NCBI GenBank assembly: GCA_032718475.1
Contig: JAUCBJ010002093.1
Coordinates: 1-37,847 of the forward strand
DNA length: 37,847 nucleotides
Direction of reading: 5' to 3'
Source: Nemertoderma westbladi
Lineage: Eukaryota; Animalia; Xenacoelomorpha
Made by a program: the position numbers and the translations under genes. The notes under the pieces were generated by a model, which ran no database searches, had not been told where the DNA came from, and worked only from the letters and a program-made list of their open reading frames with translations. Shown in pieces: positions 10,490 through 23,839 of this stretch (its first letter is position 1; each line of letters starts with the position of its first letter).

Positions 10490-11371
10490 TCGTGTGGCTA
10501 AAGACGACACCGACCGTCTCGCTGCTGCCGTTGTTGAGAAGATAGATGAAGGCGATATTAAGGGGGCGATTCGTCCTCTTCTCCGTCTCCGTCGTCTCCA
10601 GCACAGAGTCTATGGCCCCAAACAACGACGATACAAAGGGGAACGCCCATCTGAAGAATACCAGAATTTCACTTTTCGGTCGACTTTTTATTGGAATTTT
10701 ATATATGATGATTTTTTATTTTTTTTTAATTATCTTTATTAAGTATTTTATAGCGCTTAGTTCTGTCTTATAACATACTGTATACATATACTAATTCGTT
10801 TATTGTTTTGGTTATATTCAGCCCTTCTGTAACCCGCGTTTTTGGTGAAAACCTGGTATTCTTCACATGGGTGTAACTGCAAAGTGAAATATAACGGCAG
10901 AAAGTCTGGTATTCTTCACATGGGCCAATGAGAAACTCTTATTTGAACACCCCCCACGTCCAGCTTATAGAAAACCACCGCCGCCATCAAATGATACCAC
11001 AGCGACCCCCTGCACTCCCGCTCTAAGCTCTTGTGGGAGCGCAGGTGGTCCAGATGGGATGCGTCCCGGGATATTGAAGGATCTCTTTTGTTCTTCTACG
11101 GGCGAATCCGGGTATTGTTTCCTGGCGGCCCTATCGAAGTTTGTGGACGTTGTCAACGGGTAAGTTCCTCCCTTCATTAGACCCATGGTTTTTGGGGCTA
11201 ATTTTTTTCGCGTTTACGAAGTACTGTGGGGTAATTCGACCAATCGCTGTTGGGGTATCTCTGCGCCGCCTCTGTGCTAAGTTCGCTGGTCATCTGATGA
11301 AAGAGGAACGCTCAGCTTCGTACGGGAATACACAGGTTGGTATTGGAACAAAGAACGGCGCCGAACTGTAG
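10490..11371 (+). pseudogene. Decayed CRE-like non-LTR reverse-transcriptase fragment, split by a MITE
   Basis: Motifs KIDEGDIKGAIR, GSAGGPDGMRP, IRPIAVGVSLRRLCAK and QVGIGTKNGAE spread over different frames. Confidence 0.75.
10644..10926. mobile_element. MITE, inverted copy of the 1094-1371 family
   Basis: Same TIRs and interior in reverse orientation; decayed 8-bp TSD aaggggaa / aatgagaa. Confidence 0.9.
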
Positions 11372-11827
11372 GCCTAACCTGCTCCTTTCCCAAAATTGAG
11401 AACTTAACATTGAGGCGACCTATTAATCAATAAGCAATATATATATATATATATCTATATATATATATAAGCTATAAGCCCAAGATGGGATTTGCGACCA
11501 GTACCCCACCCCCCCCCCCCCCCCCCCCCTGTCTCGTTACAGTAGGCGCGGTTACACAAGCTAGTCGGACGTTTTGGCCCAAAGATTCACTTTACATCGT
11601 ATATCACTCTTGATTATTTTACACAATGGAAGAATGATTAACTATACACCACCTAAGAATGTTTGGAATTGCTTCTTTGTTTTATTTAAGATCAAGTCGC
11701 TATTATATAAAAAATAATAGTAGACATGTAGCGAACAACAAGAGTCCCACAAGAAATGAAAACAAATAAGTTGGTGCCATCGTTCCCAAGAAGGGCAACC
11801 TAACACTCTATGGTTCTTTTCGGGGAA

Positions 11828-12123
11828 TCTCATTGATCTCGATTGCTGCAAAGCTATACAATAGAATTCTATTAAATCGCATCAGGGATCCCATTGAGAG
11901 ACTGCTCCGTGGAAATCAGAATGGGTTCCGTAAAGGTCGCGGGACCATGGAGCCCATTTTGGCACTTAGAAGGATAATTGAAGAGTTATCAAAAAAGAAA
12001 GACAGGCATCTGGCTGTTATCTTTGTTGACTTCTTCAAGGCCTTTGATTCAGTCTCTCGCTCACGTATGTTCAGCATACTTTCATTATATGGGATTCCTG
12101 ATGAAATTATTGCAATATATTAA
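11828..12123 (+). pseudogene. RTE-clade reverse-transcriptase fragment
   Basis: AAKLYNRILLNRI...QNGFRKGR...LALRRIIE...FVDFFKAFDS, homologous to the RT at 19418-20299 but clearly diverged from it. Confidence 0.9.
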
Positions 12124-12684
12124 AAATAAAATTACTATTATCAAGTTGCTCCAGCACATGTCCTTTGCAAACTATTAAAGTTTAGAAGTGACGTAGTGCT
12201 TGTCTAAACCTACTCCATTCAATGTTCCAAGATTGCGGCTTATATTATGGCTAATTATGAATTAGATTACGGCTTAGATTTCAGCTTAAATATTTTCTCT
12301 AATTGAAAATTATTCAAATTACACTGCTAAATAATCGAGTGTTACTTTCTAAATGCATGGGTCCAACGGGATCGCAAATGTCTCGACTGCTCGACAACAA
12401 TTATTTTTAAGAAATCTTTTTTATATGTTTAAGACCCTGTCCTACATGTGTTTGACCCACACTACTACAGTAGAGATGACATAGGCCAACTCAACTTACT
12501 AGTATTATCTTACTTACTTACTTACCAGTATTATCAAGCTTTAGGAATCCTTTAACAGCCTCTTGTTGAACAATTACAACTTCTGAATGCTCTGAATAAA
12601 CATTATTTTTGTGACATTTGTGTACAGTAACAGTAAATGGAAAATATAAAAGTTTCCTATACATGTTTATTTGTTTTACTGTAG

Positions 12685-12944
12685 GTTGTCAGGTCATTTG
12701 TTGCAACGGGACAGAGAAATGCCAGGAAATGCCTCTCCCTTCCTGGAAGAACAACTACATGGGAGCCAACAACTTGGTTGATTGGACCCACAGAGATTTC
12801 TTCGTACAAGTAGCAACAACAAGTCAGTCAGTACCGGTATCTACAACCGAGGCGTCCACCATTACTACTGATTCTGCAGAGAAGCTTGGGGGAGTCGTCT
12901 TGGCCGCAGTTGTTGCTGTGATATTAACAATAACATTGATGTGA
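12685..12944 (+). CDS. Ly6/uPAR-like protein, terminal coding exon
   Basis: Acceptor ttgttttactgtag ending at 12684, phase 1 matching exon 1; encodes CQVICCNGTEKC, a Ser/Thr-rich stalk and a hydrophobic C-terminus (DSAEKLGGVVLAAVVAVILTITLM*). Confidence 0.78.
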
Positions 12945-13073
12945 TATTCGAACAATTATTCAACTTTTTTTGTTTGGCAAACATTTAGCCTAGAAGCCTA
13001 CATAGGCCTACATTGAGTAGGCTTTCACTAACTGCCTAATGCATCACATTTCTGTACCCTGATTACTGAAATA

Positions 13074-13984
13074 CACCATGTCCCAGAATATAGTGTCGTA
13101 ATTCAGTGACACGCCCCCCCCCCCCCCCCCTAATTTTTCTACAAATCGTAATGAGATTGCATGAAATTTGAAACAGAGATAGTTTCACCTCCCGACCACT
13201 GACTGGGTGAGCCAGAATTTTATTTTTGCTTTCAATCTTTAGCTACAAGCGTTTAAAAAAGTGTCTCCAGCGATATTACACCAGTTACACCGCAGTTATT
13301 CTTCTACCTTATAGCTGTTTGTTGGTACCAATGGAAAGCTGGCCCTGCAAGGTTTTCAAATATGTAACGCAATTTGAATTTCGTTGAAAAATAGCTGAGA
13401 TATTGGCGTTCAAATGTTGCATGGTTATGCACCTGCGCGAGGCTATTTTATTCTATTTAATAAATACATCATAATTTGGAATATTTTGTTTATCCAAATA
13501 CGTAGCTGGGCAACAATGCATTACATCTTTAATCATACTATTACGTAGCTATTCATACATTTAAAAAATGTTCCAGAATATGGTTTATTTATTAATAGAA
13601 TAAAATAGCCTCGCGTCGTTGCAAAACCATGCAACATTTGAACGCCCATATCTCAGCTATTTTTCAACGAAATTCAAATTGTGTTACATATTTGGAATCC
13701 TTGCATGGCCAGCTTTCCATTGGTACCAACAAACAGCTATAAGGTAGAAGAATAACTGCGGTGTAACTGGTGTAATATCGCTGGAGACACTTTTTTTAAA
13801 CGCTTGTAGCTAAAGATTGAAAGCAAAAATAAAAATTCTGGCTCACCCAGTCAGTGGTCGGGAGGTGAAACTATCTCTGTTTCAAATTTCATGCAATCTC
13901 ATTAAGATTTGTAGAAAAATTAGGGGGGGGGGGGGGGGGGGGGGCGTGTCACTGAATTACGACACTATATTCTGGGACATGGTG
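13074..13984. mobile_element. 911-bp foldback MITE with ~390-bp near-identical TIRs and TA TSD
   Basis: TA|CACCATGTCCCAGAATATAGTG...CACTATATTCTGGGACATGGTG|TA; arms differ at only a few positions. Confidence 0.95.
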
Positions 13985-15177
13985 TATGTACTGTAGGTGC
14001 GGAATAATAATAATTTATTAATTATTATTTACGTGTAATTTGATGACGTACTGTATGTAGTTGGGTGCAAAGGAATAAAAGAGTAATACAGTATACTGTA
14101 CGTTTATCAATGGAGTTATTCAAAACAGGATAATACTGTAAAGATGGTAAGCTGTAAATTAAATTTCAAAATTTCCTAAATATTATCAATCTATCTTACT
14201 ACAGTATATTTACTACCATAGGCCTACCTGTATACAGTAAGGCACATACAGAAAGCACACCGGATATATTATATACAGTATGGACGTGTTATGCAGAAAT
14301 AAGGTAACCAAAACACACCTCATTTTGAGAAAATTGAGTTTAAAGTTTTTCCGTGGGTGTGTGGGTTGATTGGTTTTTACAAAATTATTCCACCTCATGT
14401 TTCTGTATAGGCCTACTGTATAAACTATAGAACATGCAAAATATCATAGTACTTAATGTTATTGCAAATGTGGTTGAATTTTTTTTCATTTCGAGGCCTT
14501 TAGTTGTCCTATCGTTTCCAATATTTACACAAACATTATCAATGCTTTATTCTTACACCCCCTAGCGGTTATATATCATTTTTGAAAAAAATGTCGGTTA
14601 ACTGGTTTCTGCATAACAAAACGTAGCAAGGAAGGACGCCAATTGCTCTTAAAAGGAACTGCCGCCCTTGCTAGCTAGCTGCATGGTAGAATACAAAATG
14701 TCGATGCTGCTACCATGAATGGCGCCGCGCCATTGCTACTTAGGTAACATTGTATACAATGTGGCTGGCTACTGTACAATGATACCATAATCAGAATATC
14801 AAGTTGATAAGCTTAGTTAGCGTGATACAATAAGGAATAACTACTGTATCTACTGTAATTTCGATGAAGATATACAGTACGAGCTGGCAATTAAAGCTGA
14901 TTAGTAATCATATACATAATGTAATAAAATAATCAATGTATTGAATTATTAGGCCTACACAAAACATCTAAGACAAGTCATGTTAGAGAGCTTGCTGCAT
15001 TGTTTGTAAAATCCCAAATGAGGATTAATTTAAATGCTATAAAGTGATGTAAAATGGGATCATATTATTTACTGTTGCCTATTTCGTGGTGTATTTAAAA
15101 TTATGTATCCTGTGTAGTATTTGGTTTTGGTAATGTACCATTCAGGGACCTGATTTCTCCTGCACTATCTAAGGGGG

Positions 15178-17248
15178 CAGCCGCGTAGCCAGGAATTTCC
15201 CATGGTAGGGTCCCAGACCCCAAATTGTAATTCATATTTATAGTAGTTGTGGGTGTGGGGGAAGAGCCCCCCCCCCCAGCGTAGTCCAGGTGTATTTACA
15301 AATGAAATTACAAATGAAATTGAATTAATAAATTAAATTAATATTATAATTAAACTGAGGGGACTGTTTTACATACGGTCATTTAATTTGGCTTAATTGG
15401 AAAGATTAAAAATAATACTTTAATTATAACATAATTTTTTTATGTTTCAAGAAACTGCTATTCGCGTGTCATTTATCCCCCTGTCATTTAGCTTTAAATC
15501 ATTTACGTAATGATGTGTCATTTAAACTCATTAACATAATAATAGTTATACGGCATAGCAACTGGTCTGGTCGTCATGCTGTCATGGCTTTTCAGTAAAT
15601 GTAATAATATTTCTATTAAGAACAGTTAACTTATTCTTAAAAACTAGTACTATAGGCCCTACTACCATGGAATCATAACAACATGTATTGATAACATAAA
15701 AGTATTGCAAAATGACAGTAGGCAAATTTCAATTTTACCCCTTCATGTCATTTAAATTAAGGGACGTAAAATTTAAATGTGCTTCCGTTTTTTAAATACC
15801 TTATTTACAAATCGGCGATTTCCATTTAGTTAAATGTCGCTTCGTGAAACAATCCCCCACCCCACACCATGGTATATTATTTTATAAACTGCCACATTTT
15901 GAAATTGAACTAATTATGGTACCGGTACATTATTAAATACACTTTTTTGATTTATTGAAAGTCAAAAAAACAAAACGTTTTTTTGTTAAAAAAAAATTAA
16001 TGTTCTAATTAAATACATTTCAAAGTAATTTTCATGGTATTAATAATAATATTGAATTAAAATACATAGCCACCCACAGGTTATTTAGTTGACTCGGCAA
16101 GACCGAGCTACATATCTATTTAGGGGGTGAGGGGGGGGGGGGGGGGGGGGGGGGGTCAGACATACTACCTTTTATGAACTAGTACATTTTATCAATATTT
16201 TAGCGTCCTATGTTTCACAAATTTTAACAAACCTTTAACTAATTTTATCAATCTTTTAAGATTACTACATTTTATCAACGAACTTTCATAACTTTTTTAC
16301 CTTGCGTGACTCTTTACCTAGCTTTAAATATTCGAGTATGAAATTTATTATAGGACCCTCATGGAAACGAGGTATATACCTCATGAGGCTATCCTTACAC
16401 CAGAACCTTTTATTTAATTAAATGAACATTTTATAAGATGACTATCTACATAAATCAGTATTGGTGCTTCTAAATATCTAGTGATATTACTTGTACTGTA
16501 GGCCTAATATCGTAACGTAATCTTTATAAATGTATTATTGTGAATTTTAAAAGGTTTAATTATGTGTAAAAAACAATCAATCAATCAATCAAGACAAGCT
16601 ACGCAATATCCAATCACGTTGGTCAGTGTGCCCAGAAAAAATTACATAGTTCATTATATTACATCAGAGTCAGAGTGCCTATCTTATTTATGCTATCTTT
16701 CATTGGTATATATTGAACCCTGCTTGACAGGCAAGGCACAGCGACGTCGTCTAACCAAAGCACAGAAACCAAGGCAGGAGCCAGTGGGCGCCCCCCTACA
16801 GTGGTCAATTGGGCTCCATTTCATTGCTTTACATTACAGACTATTAAACTGGTTGAGAGATTATATAATATAGGCCTTTCTAAGAACATTGTATGATATT
16901 ATGATGCCATATCATGGGGGCGGGGGGGTGCCTGAGGGAATTATTGGTAGTGTGGCTGGAGGCCTGGCTACAACACTTTGATGGGGTATATGGTCTCCTT
17001 TCTACTACTTATTTTCTTTGGCAACCTGCCTGGGATAATGTGGATTGTATCTGGTCTGGGGTCGGGCTCCTTCCCAAAGCAACTTCAACTTCGAATATTT
17101 TCTAATATTCGGTTTATTGCACTTGTCATTATAATTTTTTTAATTTAACGGAACTTGACGATGGCAAAATGCTCTCAGAGTTAGTGTCAGTTGGAATCTC
17201 CACGGTAGGGTCCCGGGACCCTGGGACCCTACCCTCGCTACGCTAGTG
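15178..17248. mobile_element. Non-autonomous hAT-like element, 2071 bp, perfect 8-bp TSD TAAGGGGG
   Basis: TAAGGGGG at 15170-15177 and 17249-17256; ends CAGCCGCGTAGC / GCTACGCTAGTG; subterminal ggtagggtccc motifs near both ends. Confidence 0.8.
15359..15858. mobile_element. Nested degenerate MITE
   Basis: ggggactgttttacatacggtcatttaa is an imperfect reverse complement of ttaaatgtcgcttcgtgaaacaatcccc. Confidence 0.5.
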
Positions 17249-17833
17249 TAAGGGGGATGGGTCATCTGTAAGAGCCCAGTAAGGATTGCCATAGATCTCC
17301 TCCACTGAAAAGGTACACATTTAAGTATCTTTTGGGATGCTTTCCATTTGAGGATGCGGGAACTACATATCCATGAACAGTGAACACAGATAGAAGAAAG
17401 CTAACTGTGATATTGATGTTGTTGTCCTTGAATCTCATCATATGCATTAATAGTACCTACTGTAGTGATAATTGAGATTTGAATAGATTGGGTGTAACCA
17501 GTAGATTATCCCAACATAAGTGCATTGGAGTGAATATCAGCTGAGTTTATTAATGTTATATGGTGTAAATAAGTGTTTGACCTTTCCGCGTAAGTGTAGC
17601 CTACGCGTGGCCTACGCTTTCGTTATAAACACGCACATATACCCACATTTTCTGAGGCCGCAAAACACTGGAATAGTTCTGAAAGAGGACAATTACCGAA
17701 AGCTCATGAAAGCTACCGAAAGTTATCGAAAATGTTAAAGCGGGGGCGAAAGTTATCCACTTACTGACATTTCGCACTTTCAGGGTCCGATATAATTCAT
17801 AAACAAAAAAGATACGGGTTATAATTCAAATAA

Positions 17834-20800
17834 ATAAATAAGTCAACTAAATAAGTCATTGAGGGCTATAGCGCCTAGGGCACCATTGAAGGCAAAGGCT
17901 TGATACGCATCTGCATTAGAGATGATACAAGCCCCGCCCTGTCTATACTGGATGCTCATCTACCAGTGTTAGGTAACCTAACCCAGGAGGCACACTTGGT
18001 TCAGGGTGTAACAAATGGACCCCTACAGTCGGCAGCAGGGCTGTAGGCCATGGATAGGCGGAAGGTAATCAACCAACGGCTAGACATGCTGACAAGGTCG
18101 GCGGAAGGTAATCAACCAACGGCGAACTACTGCGAAGACGCTTGTAGGAGTTGCGACCACAAGCGGTTTACTCCCGCAACTGAAAGATATAAGTATGAGA
18201 ACCCTCCAGGAGAAATACCGGCTCGGTCGTCGCCCGGGTCAACAAGGACCGCGTCCCTCAGTGGTACACCAGGCTGGGGTCGATAAATTGGCTACTGGAA
18301 CAGAAGACAGAGAAGAAAGAAGAACCAACCTGTTGAAATGTAAAAAGACACTAAAGATTGCTACAATGAACGCACGCACGCTGAAAGCACATACCAAAAA
18401 GGGTGACATGGTCGCTCTGGCAATGGAATATAACATCGACATCATCTGCATCCAAGAACATCGGATTTGTCATGAAGACACTGCCATGAAGTACAATGAC
18501 ATTGGAAATGGATGGACGTTAGTAACAAGCTCAGCAGTAAGAAACTCGGCCAATGCATCAATTGGTGGAGTAGGAATTCTGCTAAGCCCATTTGCACTTT
18601 AGACCCTAAACAACATCGAATCTATAAATTCCAGGGTTATGATCGCAACATTTGATGGGAATCCCAAGACAACAGTTATATGTTGCTACAATCCAACCAA
18701 TGCATCAGAGCCAGAACAAGCAGTCAAGTTTTATGAAGAACTGACTGGACTTATTAAGGACATCCCAAAACACAATGTTAAAGTCATTGCTGGTGACCTG
18801 AATGCGCAAATTGGCCCAGAAGACATCAAGGGTTACACCTATAACACCAGTTCTAACAGAAATGGGTACTTACTTTTAGACCTGATGGAAGAATGTTAAT
18901 TGATACCATCAAACAACACATTCGAAAAGAGTAAGGGGAAGCTATGGACCTTTCAATACCCTAATGGAACCAAAGCACAACTGGATTACATCCTTATAAA
19001 CAAAAAGTGGAGAAATAGCATGATCAACTGCGAGGCATACAGCTCGTTCAACCTAATTGGTTCGGACCACAGAATTGTGACTGCAGAGATCAGACTCAGT
19101 TTGAGAGCCAGCAAACCTAGGACAAGCAAGCAAATCAACTATGACTGGGAGAAACTCAGAACTGACAATGCTGTAAAGGATGCTTATACAGTAGAAGTTC
19201 AAAACCGCTTTGAAGCACTTCAGTCAATGGATGAAGACCAATCCACCGATTCAATATACCAGAATATAATAACAGCCCACAAGGAATCAGCAAAACATGG
19301 CAAAACTCTGAGATTACTTGTAAGAGAGAAGATCTTAAGATAGCCTACAAAGTAAAAACCGAACAACCAACAACCGGAAACACTAACAAGGTTGAGAAAG
19401 CTAAGGACGATCTTAAATTGGCCTACAACATCAGCCAGGAAAAGTACATACAGGATAAAATTGAAGCAATTACAACTGCTCACATACAGCAACAATCAAG
19501 ACTTACCTGGCAAACTGTAAATGAGGTATCTGGTCGGAAAAGTTGTGCAAAGGGGCGCCTCAAAGCCGATAGTCCCGAAGAACGTGTTGGGAAGTGGAAA
19601 AATCACTTCAGCAACTTGCTTGGGCAGCCACCAAACATCGAGGTCAGCCCTACAAGGAAAATATATGACAAGACACTACCCATAGAAACAGGGGACTTCA
19701 CACCTGCCGAACTCCAACGAAGCATTAAAAGCATGTCCAATAATAAAGCGAGTGGATTAGATGAAATCCCAGCGGAGGTATGGAAAACCGGAGTGCTAAA
19801 TAGAACATTATTGAATGTTTGCAACCGGATGTTAAAAGGGGAAAAGCCACCACCAATTTGGACTAAAGGTCAACTAAAGCCTCTCCCCAAGAAAGGAGAC
19901 CTCGGCATACCAACAAACTATCGTGGGATCTGTCTGCTTGTGGTAGCTGCCAAAATATACAATAAAATGATTCTATATAGGATTAGGCCTCACATAGAGA
20001 AACTACTGCGTAAGAGCCAAAACGGATTTCGACCAAGTAGATCAACAATAGCTCAGATACTTGCACTACGGAGACTGATTGAAGGAATTAAGTCAAAGAA
20101 TCTCCCCGCAGTCATGACTTTTGTGGACTTCAAGAAGGCATTCGACTCCATCCATAGAGATAAAATGCTTGAAATCCTAAGAGCTTATGGAATACCAGAA
20201 GTAATTGTTGCTGGCATTGGATTGTTATATTGTGACGCAGAAGCGCAGGTACTCTCACCAGATGGTGAAACTGAGTTTTTCTCAATCCTGGCTGGGTGAC
20301 ACATTAGCACCATTACTATTTGTAATTGTGCTGGATTACGCAATGAGGACGGCCACAAAGGGTGAAGATCTGGGATTCACACTTCAAGAACGCAGAAGTA
20401 GTAGATATCCGGCAACTACAGTCACAGACACCGATTTTGCGGATGACATCGCCCTGCTCTCTAATACGCTAGCAGATGCACAGCTTCTACTAAATAAAGT
20501 GGAGAGGGCTGCTAAGGAGGTTGGATTGCATATAAATGCTACCAAGACCGAATTCACGACCTTTAATGTTGATGGAAACTTGACAACCATTGGTAATAAT
20601 CAACTAAGGAAGGTCGATGACTTCCAGTACCTTGGATCATGGATAGAGAGTAGCAAAAAGGACATAGAAGTTAGGAAAGCAAAGGCTTGGGTAGCTCTAT
20701 CAAAAATGGATACCATCTGGAAATCAGATCTCTCCAGGCACCTGAAGACTAAGTTCTTTCGAGCCACAGTGGAAAGTGTCTTTTTATACGGGGGTGAGAC

Positions 20801-21189
20801 CTGGACACTCAACTAAATCACTTGAACAACGAATTGATGGTTGCTGCACAAGACTACTAAGGGCAGCCCTAAACATCAGCTGGAGACAACACATGACAAA
20901 CGCCGAGCTTTATGGTACAATACCACCTGTATCAACCATCCTCCGGGAACGCAGATTAAGATTCAGTGGACACTGCTGGCGAAGTAAAGACAAGGTCATA
21001 CCAGATCTACTTCTCTGGCAACCAACTCATGGAAAGCGTAGTCGTGGACGACCGGCCATAACATATATAGATCAACTTGAAAGGGATACTGAACTTGGGA
21101 GAAACGAAATTGCGACAACTATGGAGAATCGGGAAGCCTGGAAGGATCTCATTTCCACTGTCCGAGTTCGCTCGACGTAGTAGTAGTAG
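17834..21189 (+). mobile_element. Full-length RTE-clade LINE with (TAG)n tail and 14-bp TSD
   Basis: TATAATTCAAATAA at 17820-17833 and 21190-21203; single APE+RT coding region; stop codon runs straight into TAGTAGTAG. Confidence 0.93.
18195..21180 (+). pseudogene. Disrupted APE endonuclease / reverse transcriptase ORF of the RTE element
   Basis: IATMNART, ICIQEH, GDLNA, LDYIL and SDH (APE); QNGFR, FVDFKKAFDS, FADD and FQYLGS (RT). In-frame stops at 18600 and 18897 and three frameshifts (~19300-19420, ~20295, ~20810). Confidence 0.95.
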
Positions 21190-22444
21190 TATAATTCAAA
21201 TAATTGACGTTCAATTTCAAATAAACCTTCGCGAAATAAAAAAATTCACTAATACAGTACAGCCATTAAGGGTTGTACTAGTCTACAGTGACTGGCTACA
21301 GTATGTACTGTACTGCAGTACTGGGATACCTACCCTGCTACAATCAGTGTCAGTCGCAAGCATCAGATAGTCACTTCTCAGTCAAAATCCCACCTACTTG
21401 TGAAAACTCACGTTCTAAAGTTCCGGATAATTATTTCTGTAAAATTCTAATTTGTTCATTTATTTCATTATATTTATGTTTGATTATTTGGCTAGAGTTC
21501 CGCACATACGGAACTGTTCCCGATTATTTATTAAGACGTTTCCTATTTCTCCGTAAATTCCTTTAACGTTTTCTTTCAACTTCACTGAGTTTCAACCTCT
21601 ACAACCCTCGTTGTGTCACTGAGTAGCGACACCCTACGGCGACGGGCCCCATGATCGAAGACTTACATGAACCTACTGCTTCTCTAGCCCTATTCGTCAC
21701 ATAGGTACGGAATGTTTATGGTAGGATTTTGTGGGCTAATATGCCTGAGATTGATTGGAATTCGTTGCTATTCATATTAGACTCTACGCAAAACAAAATG
21801 AAAATATGTCCATATTGTTCCTTATAGTCGATAAAGTGGGTCTAGATTTCGATTGGAAGTTGCAGTAACCAGCGAATAGGCTGTTGCTATTGACTTTGTC
21901 AAAGTTGCTTAACTTTGAAGTCATTTTTTCTCACAGTTGCTATGGTCGAAAAATATTGTTATTCCCCAGTAAACTATTTACATCTAGATCTAATACACCG
22001 ATCAGATGTATTTTGAAAGCGATAGGTTTTATATTACAGCCGTAGCTATGCAATGCAAATTATTTCCTTTGCTATGTTTAGGGGTCTGTAAAAAATTCCC
22101 CTCAGTCAAATTTTTGAAATAATTTATATGAACGACTGACTGACTGACTGACTCTACAATCTGCTTAAGAAAAATCAACAATAGTTTAGATCGAAATTTG
22201 CGGGAAAGACCTCCAATTTTCGACGTACCTCTTTCAGCCTATATGTATTTATTATCTTTGCATTACAATACACATGAATTTTATCGTTACGGAATTACAT
22301 TTCGCACGACTTTTCCCAGATAAAGAGTTACCTGGAGTTTCGAAGATGACTTAAATGAACGTTAATTTGTGAGGCATAGTAAGACAAATTATCACAGAAC
22401 ATATTGATTTCGTTCGTAACAAAACTTAAAAATAAATTAGGAAC

Positions 22445-22643
22445 GACACTAACGTTCTTTCTCAGTGTGCCAACGCCAAGTCTACACCAACACTAACGTC
22501 TCGCTGTGTACCAGTCTACACAAACACTAATGCTTGGATGCCTCGCTGTGTACCAGTCTACACTAACACTAATGAACCAGTCTACACCAACACTAACGTA
22601 CCACGGTGTACCAGTCTACACTTTTGTTAACACTAATGTATCG
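22445..22643. repeat. 34-bp minisatellite, left part (degenerate)
   Basis: Units resembling TCGCTGTGTACCAGTCTACACCAACACTAACGTC. Confidence 0.85.
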
Positions 22644-23839
22644 TTCATTCATTCATTATTATTTAATCAAATAAAATTGACATATTGAAAAATACACATT
22701 AAAAATACACATCAAAATACAATCATCAAAAAGTTAAGGTCAAATAGTCACGTTATTTACATAGAGATATGATGTGATTTCAAGATAGCAGAATATACTT
22801 CTAGGATGCGTACAAACTGTGAGTCACAATAAAGTAAAATAAAAAAACATTGGTTTTGTGAGATCTAATTAAAATTATATCGACGATATGAACTAAATTG
22901 TACGCAATTAGTCCGTTTATCGAACTCAAATATTGTAAAAATCTGTTATGCGTTTGTGCTTGGCTCTAAAAGTGAGCCCTGGCAGTTCGTAACATTGTCG
23001 TATGTACTGTCCTTCCTCTAGGTGGCGTAGTGAGGTGGCTGGCTCAGATAGTCTGGCGAATAGGTTATTTGTATTGTATTTGTAGTTACAGAGTGACCCA
23101 ATCGTGGGTAGACCATAATTAGCGACAGCTTTATTGTACACGCTTCCTAATCCTTGATAATATGAACGTTGGTTCGATTGTAACGTGATGCGAAGTGATT
23201 CCTGAAGATTCTTGTTGGGACAGTTGAGAGACCGAAGCACTGTCCCGAGACATGACTTATACGCCTCTAGCGAGAGTGTTCCGGTCCCAAAGAGGTGATT
23301 TAAGGTGTCATTTGATACATAACATCCAACGTGAAGAATTCCTCGCAGATGTTTCCTATAATAAATTTCCACCATATCAGTATCTTTATTAGATAGTTCG
23401 CCAATGCGGAATTTCAGTCTGTACAATAGGGACGACAATCCAACAGACCGCCATAACAGAGCCACAATCCGTACAGGGTAGTGCTTCGTTGTCCATCCAT
23501 TCCTATGGAATGTGTCCGCAAGCGCAGCTATTGATTGTATTATGTCAGATACATGAATGTTTTTGTGATCCTGTTTAATCCCACGAATAGTGACCCCAAG
23601 GAATGTGAGGGATGGAGATGAGGCATGAAGATATCCATTTATAGAAATCATGAGCGGTGGACTGTCGTTTTTCCGGTTGGTGTGAGATTCCTTGAAAATC
23701 CAGTTTACTTTAGATGTCTCCAATGCAAGGTTGAGATTCGTGAGTTCAGTTTGTATATGACTGGCCATTTGCTCAATTTCATTGCTGGACGTTCCCATTA
23801 ACAGTATGTCATCCGCATAAGAAAGTGTACCCATAAAAA
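22644..23839 (-). mobile_element. 5'-truncated non-LTR retrotransposon (RTEX-like) inserted in the minisatellite; intact 3' ORF 23834-22926
   Basis: Begins at IFMGTLSYADDILL, has TFLG and LWRSVGLSSLLY...LRGILHV motifs, a 3' UTR and an (ATGA)n tail at ~22644-22655; flanked by (a)tcg on both sides. Confidence 0.85.
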
